A DNA stretch of 64,000 bases from Bacteroidota bacterium (GCA_026992635.1 JALWYU010000040.1:1920-65919); one strand, 5' to 3'. Positions 1-11,570 are shown, counted from the stretch's first letter. A program made the numbers and translations. The notes: a model not told the origin generated them from the sequence alone.

Positions 1-1567
1 CCACCTTGAACAACAAAATTCGTGTGCCATTGGGAAATTCCGCCCACCCCTCCAACGTATCCGTAAAAAACGGGTCATACCGGGCATACGCCACATCCAT
101 TGACAGCGAAACCACCCGCACCGTATCCGGAACCCACACCCACCCAAACACCAGATCCGACCACCAACCCTCCCGCACATCTTCAAAAAACGGATAAAAA
201 ACCGCAGGGCGCCAAACCGAATCCAAACCCACCAGCTGCATCAGCGGATACCACATCAACGACGAATCGCCACCCGACCACCACAAACCCTCCCAGACCC
301 AACCACGATCAACCAGCCATCCAACCGGAACCGTATCGGGCTCGCCCCCCAACCAGTACAACACCAGCCAATTATCCGCCAGCTCCGGATCAGAACCGCC
401 AACCGGATGTACCTCTACGTGCAACCAGCCAGACAACCCGTCAAGCCCACTTAAGGGCACAACCACCCACACCGAATCCACACCACACGAATTCAAAAAC
501 ACCGGCAACCGAACCGTATCACCCGCAAGCACATTCTCCGGCGAATCCAGATCCGCAACCACTTTCCACCCCACCTCTACACTGTCCAGCACATCACACA
601 GCACATTCAAATACCGAACCAGTAAATGCAACGCCGGCGGATCCTCCCTGAGCCACCAGGCTTGCACAGAGACATTACCCGGTGCAGGAACCGACCACCA
701 ACGCACACCCACCATATCCCGATAACGCAAATAAATCGTAGTCAGTGCCTGACCAACCTGATCCACAGACCAGTACCCACGACAGGTATCCCCAATCCGA
801 AAACCCAGCATGTAATTATGCATGGGATCAGGCAGGTCCGGCAACTCCAAACAGGAATTCCGAACCGTATCACACGGAAAACCTCCACCCCCCAACACCT
901 CACCCAAATCACATACACCCCGACGAAACGCACACGTCAATGAATCCGTCTGCATACACGAGGACACAACCGGCATACCCACACCCAACCACTCACCCAG
1001 CAAATACAAAAAAGCACGAACCGAATCCAGATACCGGTAATCCAGAACAATTCCCTGCACCCCCTCTGACAAATCCACAACCCCACCCCATAACGGCGAA
1101 TCCAATGCAGTAACCCAAACATTAAGGATATACCGCGCAAAATACGGATCACTACCACCCGACGACGAACGCGTAACCTCCTCCAACACCGAAAACGACG
1201 AACGACCCGTCACCCGATACTGAAACCACGAAACAGGCACCTGCGCATCTCCCACAAACTGCAGTGGCTTCAGTTCTATCGGCAATGGACACGCCACACG
1301 CCGCTCATGCTCAGGCAACAAACCAAAATGCGAAGTATCCACCACCCATCTATTCACCTGATCCAGCCAATCAGTCAGAGCGGACGGACTCACCGTCCAC
1401 GAACCATCACCCACCACATGAACATACACCGCCAGCGGAACACGTCCTCCCACAAATGGAACAGGCGCACGCGGACAACCACGTTCCTTCCCCAAAACCC
1501 CAACCCCCACACCTTGCCAGATCAGCCACCCCACCAGAGCCACACGCCACCAGCCTCCTAAACCCAT
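1..1567 (-). CDS. hypothetical membrane-anchored protein; 5' end complete, runs off the left edge (at least 522 codons); absent from the supplied ORF track
   Basis: Hand translation of the minus strand from the ATG at 1567-1565 stays open down to position 1. The N-terminus is hydrophobic (MGLGGWWRVALVGWLIWQGVGVG...) and the sequence continues ...FFEDVREGWWSDLVFGWVWVPDTVRVVSLSMDVAYARYDPFF... The other two minus frames are broken (only 63- and 73-aa ORFs). The start overlaps the upstream stop (TGATG). Confidence 0.55.
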   Translation of the reverse strand, partial: MGLGGWWRVALVGWLIWQGVGVGVLGKERGCPRAPVPFVGGRVPLAVYVHVVGDGSWTVSPSALTDWLDQVNRWVVDTSHFGLLPEHERRVACPLPIELKPLQFVGDAQVPVSWFQYRVTGRSSFSVLEEVTRSSSGGSDPYFARYILNVWVTALDSPLWGGVVDLSEGVQGIVLDYRYLDSVRAFLYLLGEWLGVGMPVVSSCMQTDSLTCAFRRGVCDLGEVLGGGGFPCDTVRNSCLELPDLPDPMHNYMLGFRIGDTCRGYWSVDQVGQALTTIYLRYRDMVGVRWWSVPAPGNVSVQAWWLREDPPALHLLVRYLNVLCDVLDSVEVGWKVVADLDSPENVLAGDTVRLPVFLNSCGVDSVWVVVPLSGLDGLSGWLHVEVHPVGGSDPELADNWLVLYWLGGEPDTVPVGWLVDRGWVWEGLWWSGGDSSLMWYPLMQLVGLDSVWRPAVFYPFFEDVREGWWSDLVFGWVWVPDTVRVVSLSMDVAYARYDPFFTDTLEGWAEFPNGTRILLFKV

Positions 1568-2709
1568 CACTCCACAACCTTCTTCCGCTTCTTCGGAAAC
1601 AAATACAACACCTGAATACCTGGCGTGCCCCAGGTACTGCTCAAGTCCATCTGCCACCGCCTCGGCGTAAACCGCAACCGATGAACACCCGCCATCACAC
1701 GAAACAAAACCCGACGAACCATCACCGTCACATGCAAAGACAAACTCCCCATCCCAAACAACAACACATCCAGGTTGTGCCGCTGGCGCGTCCGATCACG
1801 AATGCTCTCCAGCAGCAAAGAAGGACCTACACGCAAGCCCAGCCCCATCGCAATTCGTATATCCTCCGACCGATTCAACGCACGCGGCACCCAGTTGAAA
1901 AAATAACCCGTAAACGGCGAAAGATACACCGCACCAAACTCACGAAAATCCAGCAACATCGTATCCGACACATTCCGCAAACTGTATATGCCCATCTGAG
2001 CACCAATCAAAAACGAACCGCCACTCCTCTTTTGCCACTCGCCTAAACTCCATGCCGACCGCCAGCTGTACTTCCCCGGATTCAAAAAACCCGTAGTACG
2101 CAAAGTGATTTGACCCGCTTCAAAACCACGCAACACCACCGTGCGCCCACCCTGATAAGCATAAAACCCCTTCATCGTCGCCAGATCCACCTCTACCAGC
2201 ACAGCACGCAAAATCAACACCGGCAAATACAAACGAAAGCGCTGGCTCTCCGTACCACTGGACACACTTAACGTGAATTGAATCGCTGGTAGCCCACCCC
2301 ACTTCACCCACAAACCCAGCTGCGTCACGCGCCCATCCAGCAAAATTTCCCGATTCTGATCATTCCGAAACGAAAACACAAACTGATGCTCTAAGGTGTT
2401 GGACACCAAACCAACCGCACGACGCGGCGTCTCCACATAATTCAACTCTGACCCAGACCACGCCTTCAACCTCAACGAAAAACCATACAACAACCCACCA
2501 ACCAGCACAATACCACAGAGGAACTTTCTTGCTTGCCCCGCTATTTTACTCTGTAAAGAGCAAAGGATCCGAAAAAACCAACGATCAATGACCGCACCAC
2601 AAGAAGCCACCACTACGCCCCCCTCAGAAAATGCCTCCGTCAAACTCTCTGTATCCGTTGCCCAGCTCAAAGACATCCTTGCACCCGCCGAAAAAGTCAT
2701 TGCTCGCAC
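1567..2709 (-). CDS. Omp85/BamA-superfamily outer-membrane beta-barrel without a recognisable POTRA region; true start probably downstream of 2587
   Basis: YQGGRTVVLRGFEAG resembles the conserved Omp85 loop-6 RG(F/Y) motif. The sequence has a beta-strand-like alternating pattern and a hydrophobic segment KFLCGIVLVGGLLYGF. The first ~40 codons of the ORF are antisense to dnaN and are likely an artefactual extension. Confidence 0.55.
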   Translation of the reverse strand: MRAMTFSAGARMSLSWATDTESLTEAFSEGGVVVASCGAVIDRWFFRILCSLQSKIAGQARKFLCGIVLVGGLLYGFSLRLKAWSGSELNYVETPRRAVGLVSNTLEHQFVFSFRNDQNREILLDGRVTQLGLWVKWGGLPAIQFTLSVSSGTESQRFRLYLPVLILRAVLVEVDLATMKGFYAYQGGRTVVLRGFEAGQITLRTTGFLNPGKYSWRSAWSLGEWQKRSGGSFLIGAQMGIYSLRNVSDTMLLDFREFGAVYLSPFTGYFFNWVPRALNRSEDIRIAMGLGLRVGPSLLLESIRDRTRQRHNLDVLLFGMGSLSLHVTVMVRRVLFRVMAGVHRLRFTPRRWQMDLSSTWGTPGIQVLYLFPKKRKKVVE

Positions 2710-3820
2710 CGTTTTTATGCCCGTGATCCGCTGCTTCCTCTTTCGGAGTCAAAACCACACCCTGGAAGTGTTAACGACAAACATTGACCAATCTGTACGT
2801 GCAAAACTGGAATTGCCGCAACCTATTGAAAACCTGCAAATTGCCGTTCCCGCCAAAACCCTCATGGACCTCATCAAAACCCTGCAGGACGACCTCACCA
2901 TAGACCTGGAATTCCAGCAAAACCCACCTTCACTGACCGTCCACGCCCCCTCCGGACAATACCAGATCGGCGGAGAAGACCCCTATGAATTCCCCCAACT
3001 ACCCACACCACCCTCTGACACCCTCTATACAATCCCCGCTTCCGTCCTGCGCCTCGCCCTGGAAAGCACACTCTACGCCGCCTTCCGCGAAGAAGACAAC
3101 GTCCAGTTCCGACCACTCACAGGCGTCCTCTTCGAAAGCCACCCCGAAGAAGGCGTACGAATCGTCGCGTCCGATGTCCGACGACTCGTCATCTTCCCCA
3201 TACCCGAAGCCACACCCACCGAACAAAAGGAAATCATCATCCCACGTAAAGCCATCCAGATCCTCAAAAGCATTCTTCCTGCCAGCGATACACCCGTCTC
3301 TATCGCCGTAGACGAGAAAAACGCCTACTTCCAGATGGAACACCTCACTTTCATCACACACACAATCACCGAACCCTACCCCAACTACCGTGTCGTCCAG
3401 GAAGAATCACCCTTCCCCAACCAGATGCGCGCCTCCTTAGAAGACCTGGATCGCATCCTCAAACGACTCACACTCTTCGCCGGCAGTACAGGCATCGTGG
3501 AATTCCACCTTTCACCCCACCAGGTCATATTCAGCGCCGAAGACCCCGAACAAAATAACCGCGCCGAAGAACGACCTCCCGTAACCTACGAAGGCGAAGA
3601 ACTCACTCTCCGATTTGATATCAAATTCCTCAGCGAAGTCCTCAACAACTTCCCCGAAGACGACGTCATCATCGCCTTTGGCGGCATCGCACGACCCGTA
3701 GAAATCTATCCGGCAGACCCACAAGCACGACCCGTCAAAGCTTACACAATGCCCATCAAAGAAGAAGAACCCGTCGCCACCACACAACCCCAGCAAGAAT
3801 CCTCAGAGGACCAGACCTGA
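2588..3820 (+). CDS. dnaN: DNA polymerase III beta subunit (sliding clamp)
   Basis: 410 aa. VKLSVSVAQLKDILAPAEKVI matches the typical DnaN N-terminus. The three-domain length and ...LRFDIKFLSEVLNNF...IAFGGIARPVEI also fit DnaN. Confidence 0.9.
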   Translation: MTAPQEATTTPPSENASVKLSVSVAQLKDILAPAEKVIARTVFMPVIRCFLFRSQNHTLEVLTTNIDQSVRAKLELPQPIENLQIAVPAKTLMDLIKTLQDDLTIDLEFQQNPPSLTVHAPSGQYQIGGEDPYEFPQLPTPPSDTLYTIPASVLRLALESTLYAAFREEDNVQFRPLTGVLFESHPEEGVRIVASDVRRLVIFPIPEATPTEQKEIIIPRKAIQILKSILPASDTPVSIAVDEKNAYFQMEHLTFITHTITEPYPNYRVVQEESPFPNQMRASLEDLDRILKRLTLFAGSTGIVEFHLSPHQVIFSAEDPEQNNRAEERPPVTYEGEELTLRFDIKFLSEVLNNFPEDDVIIAFGGIARPVEIYPADPQARPVKAYTMPIKEEEPVATTQPQQESSEDQT

Positions 3821-3854
3821 TTCCCTCCTCCACCCCTCCTGGATTACACACTTC

Positions 3855-4940
3855 ATGTGGGCACTCCTGGAAGTACTCCGGAAAGTCTTCGCACCCACCT
3901 ATCGCAAGCACTGGCAACCCGCAATTGAACAGGCTCAACGCGAAAACCCCTGGTATATCCCACGACACATCCACATAGCCCTTAACGCATGGTATGAAGC
4001 CCTGGAACCCGAAAAAGTCCACCAGTGGCTCGCCGCCTACCCCTCCCTCCCTAACACACCCCCTGCAGAAAAGCCATTACCCACACTGGCAATTATCCCC
4101 GCCGCCAACATCCCCTTAGTCGGACTCCACGATATGCTTTGTGGCTTGGTTGCCGGCTACCAGATCCGCATCCGCTACTCAGAGCGAGACCGTACCCTCT
4201 ACCGATTCCTGTGGACAACCTGCTTTCAACACTTACCTTGGCTCCAAACACGCATCCACGAAGTAGAACGCCTTAAAAAAGGCGAATACCACACAGTGAT
4301 CGCTACAGGCACCTCACACACCGCCTCCCTATTCCAGAAATACTTCGCACATGTCCCTGCACTGATTCGCGGCACACGAACCAGCTGCGCAATCTTGTGG
4401 GGCGACGAATCCGACGACCACCTCCACAACCTGTGCGCCGACCTCTTCCTCCACTTCGGACTGGGATGCCGCAACGTCTCCTGCCTCATCGTCCTCAACG
4501 AACACACCCTGACACGACTCACACCCCACTTCCAAACCTACACCTACGTCCGACACCACGAACTCTACTTCACCAACTGGGAATACTGGTACGCCGCCGC
4601 ACTCGTAGAACGCCAACCCCACATCTACACACCCGAACTCATCCTCCGAAAAGATACCAACCCCTTTTCACCTATCGGTGTCGTCCACTTCTGGCAACCC
4701 GCCAACAACGAAGAACTACTCACCTGGCTCCACCAACACGCCACACACCTCCAGTGCATCGTCAGCATCCGACCCCTCAATGCAAACCTGCCCATACCTA
4801 TCGTCCCTCCGGGCAAAACCCAGTTCCCCAACCTCTGGGACTACCCCGACAACACCGATACACTCCAGTTCCTCCTGAACGTCCGAGAACAACTACTCCA
4901 GCAACCCACTGCACAACCCACAAACCTTCCCAACCCATGA
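3855..4940 (+). CDS. LuxC-family acyl-CoA reductase-like protein
   Basis: Motifs ANIPLVGLHD, VIATGTSHTASLFQKYF, GLGCRNVSCLIV, LQCIVS and GKTQFPNLWDYPDNTDTLQFLL match the Bacteroidota acyl-CoA reductase (LuxC-like) family as I remember it. Confidence 0.75.
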   Translation: MWALLEVLRKVFAPTYRKHWQPAIEQAQRENPWYIPRHIHIALNAWYEALEPEKVHQWLAAYPSLPNTPPAEKPLPTLAIIPAANIPLVGLHDMLCGLVAGYQIRIRYSERDRTLYRFLWTTCFQHLPWLQTRIHEVERLKKGEYHTVIATGTSHTASLFQKYFAHVPALIRGTRTSCAILWGDESDDHLHNLCADLFLHFGLGCRNVSCLIVLNEHTLTRLTPHFQTYTYVRHHELYFTNWEYWYAAALVERQPHIYTPELILRKDTNPFSPIGVVHFWQPANNEELLTWLHQHATHLQCIVSIRPLNANLPIPIVPPGKTQFPNLWDYPDNTDTLQFLLNVREQLLQQPTAQPTNLPNP

Positions 4941-6721
4941 CCACTTCTCGCAACCGCGAACTCGCCAAACTTCTTGCACGCATCGCCGATATGTATGAAT
5001 TTCTGGGTGGAGACACCAACCGATTCCGCGCACTTGCCTACCGTAAAGCCGCACAGGTTATTGAAAACCTCCCCGAAGACATCGCCTCCTACATAGAAAA
5101 ACACGACCTCCAGAAAGTCCACGGAATCGGCCAAAAAACCATTGAAAAAATCCGCGAATTCCTCAAAACTGGCACCATCAAAAAATACGAAGAACTGCGT
5201 AAACAGGTCCCCGAAGCCCTGATCCCCCTCATGGACGTACCCGGACTGGGACCAAAAACCCTGCGCCAGCTCTACGAAGCCTTCCACATCCAGACCGAAG
5301 ACGACCTCATACACATACTCAAGTCCGGCAAAGTCTACCAGCTCAAAGGATTCGGACCCAAAAAAGTCCAGAAAATCCTCCATGGACTGGAACTGCGCGC
5401 AACCCTCACCCAGCGTATGCTCTACTGGGAAGCACTCACCTTAGCACGCACACTCCTCCAAACCCTCCAAGACCGCATCGGTACACTGATCCAGAAAAGC
5501 GCTTATGCCGGCAGCCTGCGCCGGGGCAAAGAAACCATCGGCGATATTGACCTTCTGATCAGTGCCAGCCCCCAGCACCACACCACCATCATCCAAGCAT
5601 TCACACAACTTCCCGACGTAAAAGAAGTCCTCGCCGCCGGCGAAACCAAAGCCAGCGTTCTCGTCGGCGACAACCGCCGACAAGTGGACCTCCGACTGAT
5701 CCAGCCCCACCAGTGGGGCGCCGCACTCATGTACTTCACCGGATCCAAAAACCACAACGTCCGACTCCGGGAACTCGCCCGAGCCCACGGATGGAAACTC
5801 AACGAATACGGACTCTTTGATGAAGCCTCTAACAAACGCCTGGCAGGCACCACCGAAGAAGAAGTATTCGCACAACTCAACATGCAATGGATCCCTCCCG
5901 AAATGCGTGAAGACCAGGGCGAAATTGAACTTGCACTCAACCACCAGATCCCAAAACTCGTCTCCATCCAGGACATCCGCGGCGATATGCAATCCCACTC
6001 AACCTGGAGCGACGGCTCTCTCTCCATCCTGGAAATGGCAGACTACGTCCTCAAACATTTCCCCCACTACGAATACCTCGTTTTAACCGACCACTCCCAA
6101 GCCGTACGCATCGCCGGCGGACTCTCCCCAGAACAATTCCGACAGCAAAAAGAAGAAATCCAGAAAGTCAACGCCGAACTGGGTAGAGACTTCGTCAAAG
6201 CCGGGGCAGAAGTGGACATCCTCCCCAACGGACAACTGGACCTGCCCAACGAACTCCTCAAAGAACTGGACTTCGTCATCGCCTCCATCCACTCCCACTT
6301 CCAGCGCGACAACACCGACCGAATCATCCAGGCTTGCCTCAACCCCTACGTCCACGCTATTGGACACCCCACAGGCAGACTGCTCGGTACACGCGAACCC
6401 TACCCACTCAATATGGAACAGATCATAGAAGTCTGCGCCCAAACCGGAACCGCACTGGAAATCAACGGACAACCCGACAGAATGGACCTCAACGACCAGT
6501 ACGCACGCTGGGCACGAGAAGCTGGCGTTCCACTCATACTCAGCACCGACGCCCACTACTCCTCCAACTTCCACTACATGGAAATCGCCGTGGTCATCGC
6601 ACGACGAGCATGGTGCACACCACAGCACATCCTCAATACACGACCCTGGCAAGAAATCACCCTATGGAAACAGGAAAAAGCCAGCAAAACACAAACATAC
6701 AAAACCAAACGCCACTTCTGA
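4937..6721 (+). CDS. polX: family X DNA polymerase with C-terminal PHP domain (PolX)
   Basis: The N-terminus NRELAKLLARIADMYEFLGGDTNRFRALAYRKAA is Pol-beta-like 8-kDa/HhH. GSLRRGKETIGDIDLLI is the nucleotidyltransferase motif. The PHP histidines are present (HSTWSDG, LTDHS, SIHS, GHPTGR, STDAH). The ATG at 4937 overlaps the upstream stop (ATGA). The 180-codon extension from 4397 is Pro/Thr/His-rich and was rejected. Confidence 0.88.
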   Translation: MTTSRNRELAKLLARIADMYEFLGGDTNRFRALAYRKAAQVIENLPEDIASYIEKHDLQKVHGIGQKTIEKIREFLKTGTIKKYEELRKQVPEALIPLMDVPGLGPKTLRQLYEAFHIQTEDDLIHILKSGKVYQLKGFGPKKVQKILHGLELRATLTQRMLYWEALTLARTLLQTLQDRIGTLIQKSAYAGSLRRGKETIGDIDLLISASPQHHTTIIQAFTQLPDVKEVLAAGETKASVLVGDNRRQVDLRLIQPHQWGAALMYFTGSKNHNVRLRELARAHGWKLNEYGLFDEASNKRLAGTTEEEVFAQLNMQWIPPEMREDQGEIELALNHQIPKLVSIQDIRGDMQSHSTWSDGSLSILEMADYVLKHFPHYEYLVLTDHSQAVRIAGGLSPEQFRQQKEEIQKVNAELGRDFVKAGAEVDILPNGQLDLPNELLKELDFVIASIHSHFQRDNTDRIIQACLNPYVHAIGHPTGRLLGTREPYPLNMEQIIEVCAQTGTALEINGQPDRMDLNDQYARWAREAGVPLILSTDAHYSSNFHYMEIAVVIARRAWCTPQHILNTRPWQEITLWKQEKASKTQTYKTKRHF

Positions 6722-6728
6722 CATCACC

Positions 6729-7319
6729 ATGCCCAACAACAACGAGATAGAAACGCTTGTCCGACGCGTCCAGCAGGGCGATAAACGCGCATTCGCACTC
6801 CTCGTAGAACGCTTCCAGCAAAGCGTCTACTACTTCGTCGCACGCATCGTGCAAAACCCACAAGACGCCGAAGAAATCACCATGGAAATCTTCCTCCGCG
6901 TCCTGAAAGGAATCCACACCTACAGTGGACAATCCCCCTTTCGCAACTGGCTATTCCGAATCGCCGCCAACACCACCATAGACTTCCTACGACAACGTCA
7001 GCGCAAGCAACCACCACGAACCCTCTCCCTAGAAAGCCCCGCCGACCAATCCCGAACCCTCGGAGACATCCTCCCTGCCCACACCGACCCACCCGACGAA
7101 CAGGTCGTCCAGAAAGAACTCTATAACCTGATCCGGCAAATCCTCAAAGAACTCCCACCCATCTACCGCGACGTCCTCTACCTCTTCCACTTTGAAGGGC
7201 TCACCTACCAGGAAATCGCCAACCACCTGGGCATACCCTCGGGCACCGTCAAAGCCCGACTCATCCGCGCACGTCGCCTGCTACTGGCACGCATCCGACG
7301 ACTACTCCGTATGTACTGA
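6729..7319 (+). CDS. ECF-type RNA polymerase sigma-70 family factor
   Basis: Region 2 (FALLVERFQQSVYYFVARIV...DAEEITMEIFLRV...FRNWLFRIAANTTIDFLR) and region 4 (YRDVLYLFHFEGLTYQEIANHLGIPSGTVKARLIRAR) are both present. Confidence 0.88.
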   Translation: MPNNNEIETLVRRVQQGDKRAFALLVERFQQSVYYFVARIVQNPQDAEEITMEIFLRVLKGIHTYSGQSPFRNWLFRIAANTTIDFLRQRQRKQPPRTLSLESPADQSRTLGDILPAHTDPPDEQVVQKELYNLIRQILKELPPIYRDVLYLFHFEGLTYQEIANHLGIPSGTVKARLIRARRLLLARIRRLLRMY

Positions 7320-7342
7320 AACCACTCCACCACACACCACCC

Positions 7343-8053
7343 ATGACCACACACAAACCCCAACCCATTACCCGACAGTTTCAATCCTGGCTTACCCACC
7401 TCGCCCAACAAGCCAACCTGCCAATCCCCAACCACCTCATCAACGCACTCACACAGTTCGCCCACCTCCTCACCCAATGGAATCAACGTATCAACCTGAT
7501 CGCCCGCCAACCCCCAGAACAACTCCTCCATTTGCTGTGGCACGTCCACTTCCCCCATAGCCTCGCTCTACTGCCTTTCATCCCTGAAACCAGTGTTTTC
7601 CTCGTAGACGTCGGTACAGGCGCCGGACTCCCCGGCATACCCTTAGCTTGCACCCTCCCCCAAAAGCACTTCCTCCTGATTGACGCCCGCAAAAAGAAAG
7701 TGCGCTTCCTCCACCATGCTATCTACCAGCTCAAACTCGCCAACACCTGCCTGCAATGGGCACGAATAGAACACCTCCCTCCGCTAAATTGCGATGTACT
7801 CCTGGCGCGAGCCGTAGCCCCGCTCTCCCGGCTCCTCACCTGGGCAAACCACCATCTGCGTCCCGGCGGACATCTCCTCGCACTCAAAGGACCAGAAGAC
7901 ATCCCCTACGCACGCCATCTCAAAATCCAGACCCACTCCTTAGAAACAACCCTGCAACCCATCGCCGGAAACACCGCCACCGGTAAATACCTCTACATCT
8001 GGCAGAAACCTCAAACCGCCACACCACCCCCTCCCCTACACCACACCACCTGA
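7343..8053 (+). CDS. rsmG: 16S rRNA (guanine527-N7)-methyltransferase
   Basis: LLTQWNQRINLI..., the SAM motif VDVGTGAGLPGIPLA, and LLARAVAPLSRLL...LRPGGHLLALKG identify RsmG. Confidence 0.85.
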   Translation: MTTHKPQPITRQFQSWLTHLAQQANLPIPNHLINALTQFAHLLTQWNQRINLIARQPPEQLLHLLWHVHFPHSLALLPFIPETSVFLVDVGTGAGLPGIPLACTLPQKHFLLIDARKKKVRFLHHAIYQLKLANTCLQWARIEHLPPLNCDVLLARAVAPLSRLLTWANHHLRPGGHLLALKGPEDIPYARHLKIQTHSLETTLQPIAGNTATGKYLYIWQKPQTATPPPPLHHTT

Positions 8054-8069
8054 AACCACCAAACCCCTA

Positions 8070-8348
8070 TCAATCCTCCGCCTGAAAAACCAGTGCCTGC
8101 ACCCGATTATGCAACACATGAACAAACCCTTCACGAATACCCAGACGCCTCTCTACACCCCCTGCCTCCACAATCCGAATCTCCCCAGCCTCTAAAGCAC
8201 TGATAATCGGCGCATGCCCCGGCAACACCGTAAACCGACCCGCCACACCCGGAAACGTAACCCTCAACGCTCGCCCCTCAAAAAGCACACCCTCAGGCGT
8301 CAACACCTCCACACTTAACTGCGCTTTCCCTGAAGCACCAGCCATCAT
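8070..8348 (-). CDS. atpC: F0F1 ATP synthase epsilon subunit
   Basis: LSVEVLTPEGVLFEG...VTFPGVAGRFTVLPGHAPIISALEAGEIRI. It lies immediately downstream of atpD. Confidence 0.85.
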   Translation of the reverse strand: MMAGASGKAQLSVEVLTPEGVLFEGRALRVTFPGVAGRFTVLPGHAPIISALEAGEIRIVEAGGVERRLGIREGFVHVLHNRVQALVFQAED

Positions 8349-8367
8349 TCAACACTTTCCCACCAGA

Positions 8368-9888
<1,521 letters not shown>

Positions 9889-10000
9889 CTACCTATTTCT
9901 CCTCTTTCCCCTTTCTCTCAAAGTAGGGCACCCCAAAAATGCAAAGTGAACCTTTTTAGCCTTTTCCCATGCCCTACCCGTCCAGCAACCAAAACGCCAG

Positions 10001-10085
10001 TGCCCGGGGCGGGACTCGAACCCGCACGGGCTCATCGCCCACCGGATTTTAAGTCCGACGCGTCTGCCTGTTCCGCCACCCGGGC
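10001..10085 (-). tRNA. tRNA-Leu (anticodon UAA), long variable arm, no encoded CCA
   Basis: Manual cloverleaf. Acceptor stem GCCCGGG/CCCGGGC. Anticodon arm TCGGA-CTTAAAA-TCCGG. Variable arm TGGGCGATGAGCCCGT. T-arm GCGGG-TTCGAGT-CCCGC. Confidence 0.85.
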
Positions 10086-10184
10086 ATCCACCACCAAAAC
10101 CACAACTACACTACCAACAAAACACTTTCCACCCACACCAAAGTTCCACTCAGCCTACACCGCCCACCGCAAATCCCCAACCTA

Positions 10185-11270
10185 TCACGACGCCTTCTCC
10201 TGCTTCTTAGACTGAGAAGGTACGCTGGCTTCCGAAGATGACGCAACCACCTCAGGTAACGCCTTCTTACGAATCGCACGCTCAATCGCCTCAGCAACCT
10301 CCGGATGCGCACGCAAAAACTCACGCGCACGCTCCCGTCCCTGTCCCAACTTCGTATTCTGAAAACTGTACCACGCCCCACTCTTCTCCACCACCTCATA
10401 CTGAACACCCAGATCCAGCAATTCACCCAACCGAGAAATCCCCTCCCGAAACAGAATATCAAACTCAGCACTCCGAAATGGCGGCGCCACCTTGTTCTTC
10501 ACCACACGCGCACGAACACGTATACCACGAACTTCTTCCCCCTCCTTAATCTGACCTACCTTCCGAATGTCAATCCGAACCGAAGCATAAAAAGCCAGCG
10601 CACGTCCTCCCGTCGTCGTCTCCGACTGACCATACACCACCCCAATCTTTTCCCGCAACTGATTGATGAAAATGCACACACACTGCGTCTGACCAATCGT
10701 ACTCACCAGCTTGCGCAACGCCTGAGACATCAACCGCGCCTGCAACCCCACCTGCGCCTCACCCATCCCCCCATCCAGCTCCGCCTTCGGAACCAGCGCC
10801 GCCACCGAATCAATCACCACCAGATCCACCGCACCAGACTGAATCATCGTATCCGCAATCTCTAAGGCTTCCTCTCCATACCCGGGCTGCGCAACCAGCA
10901 ACTCCTCCTCCTGAATACCCAGACGACGCGCATACACCGGATCAAACGCATGCTCCGCATCAATGAACAACGCCACACCACCCGACTTCTGAACCTCAGC
11001 AATCGCATGCAGCGCCAGCGTCGTCTTCCCCGACGACTCCGGACCAAAAATCTCTACAACCCGTCCACGAGGATAACCACCAATACCCAGCGCAATATCC
11101 AGACCCAAACTGCCCGTGGGAATCACAGCAATCCGATCCCGTGGCCGATCACCCATACGCAACACCGCACCCTTACCAAACCGACGCTCAACACGCGCAA
11201 GCGCCTGCTTCAACGCATCCTGCCGATCACGAATGTTCCCCGACACGCCTCCACTCTTTACCGTCGCCAT
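10185..11270 (-). CDS. recA: recombinase RecA
   Basis: 361 aa. Walker [33 protein letters not shown] and [16 protein letters not shown] are present. Confidence 0.97.
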   Translation of the reverse strand: MATVKSGGVSGNIRDRQDALKQALARVERRFGKGAVLRMGDRPRDRIAVIPTGSLGLDIALGIGGYPRGRVVEIFGPESSGKTTLALHAIAEVQKSGGVALFIDAEHAFDPVYARRLGIQEEELLVAQPGYGEEALEIADTMIQSGAVDLVVIDSVAALVPKAELDGGMGEAQVGLQARLMSQALRKLVSTIGQTQCVCIFINQLREKIGVVYGQSETTTGGRALAFYASVRIDIRKVGQIKEGEEVRGIRVRARVVKNKVAPPFRSAEFDILFREGISRLGELLDLGVQYEVVEKSGAWYSFQNTKLGQGRERAREFLRAHPEVAEAIERAIRKKALPEVVASSSEASVPSQSKKQEKAS

Positions 11271-11430
11271 GAACCCACTTTCTACTCACCTGACCCCAAT
11301 CCACCAATTCGTCGTCTTCACCCCTGCCTCTCACTGCATATAAACCCGAAATCCATACAAAAGAGTTCCCTGTAGCCCCATCTTCCTTTACCACACTGCT
11401 TTCCTCTTCATCAACGAGTGAATGCACACC

Positions 11431-11570
11431 AGGAGAGAAACAAAGGAGAAGGTGGTGGGAGGGGGGGAGGCGGCGAGGGCTACGCCACAAACCTTACCCC
11501 CGCCGCCCATGAACGAAGAGGAGGGATTGAGGAGGGTTTGAGGGGAGGAATAGAAAAGATGGAGGAAACC
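11431..11570 (+). other. polypurine / G-run tracts in the recA upstream intergenic region
   Basis: aggagagaaacaaaggagaaggtggtgggagggggggaggcggcgaggg (11431-11479) and gaagaggagggattgaggagggtttgaggggaggaatagaaaagatggaggaaacc (11511-11570). These are G-rich on a strand that is otherwise strongly G-depleted. Confidence 0.9.

Noticed and set aside
100-2046. Long + strand ORFs encoding Pro/Thr/His/Gln-rich polypeptides (100..651, 745..1113, 1264..2046). Similar ones occur elsewhere, e.g. 23728..24537, 44594..45214 and 41735..42136
   Set aside because: They are artefacts of T depletion of the + strand, which leaves few stop codons. They are low-complexity, overlap better-supported genes on either strand, and have no recognisable motifs.
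2588-3820. dnaN as a marker of the replication origin
   Set aside because: No dnaA gene or DnaA-box cluster lies next to it. It sits about 45 kb inside the uniformly C-rich arm, far from the skew reversal.
4397-4936. 180-codon N-terminal extension of the PolX ORF
   Set aside because: The extension is Pro/Arg/Thr-rich low complexity and overlaps the LuxC-like gene in another frame. The PolX homology starts at the ATG at 4937, which forms an ATGA overlap with the upstream stop.
9946-10215. 89-aa + strand ORF
   Set aside because: It overlaps the minus-strand tRNA-Leu and the 3' end of recA, and its sequence is low-complexity.
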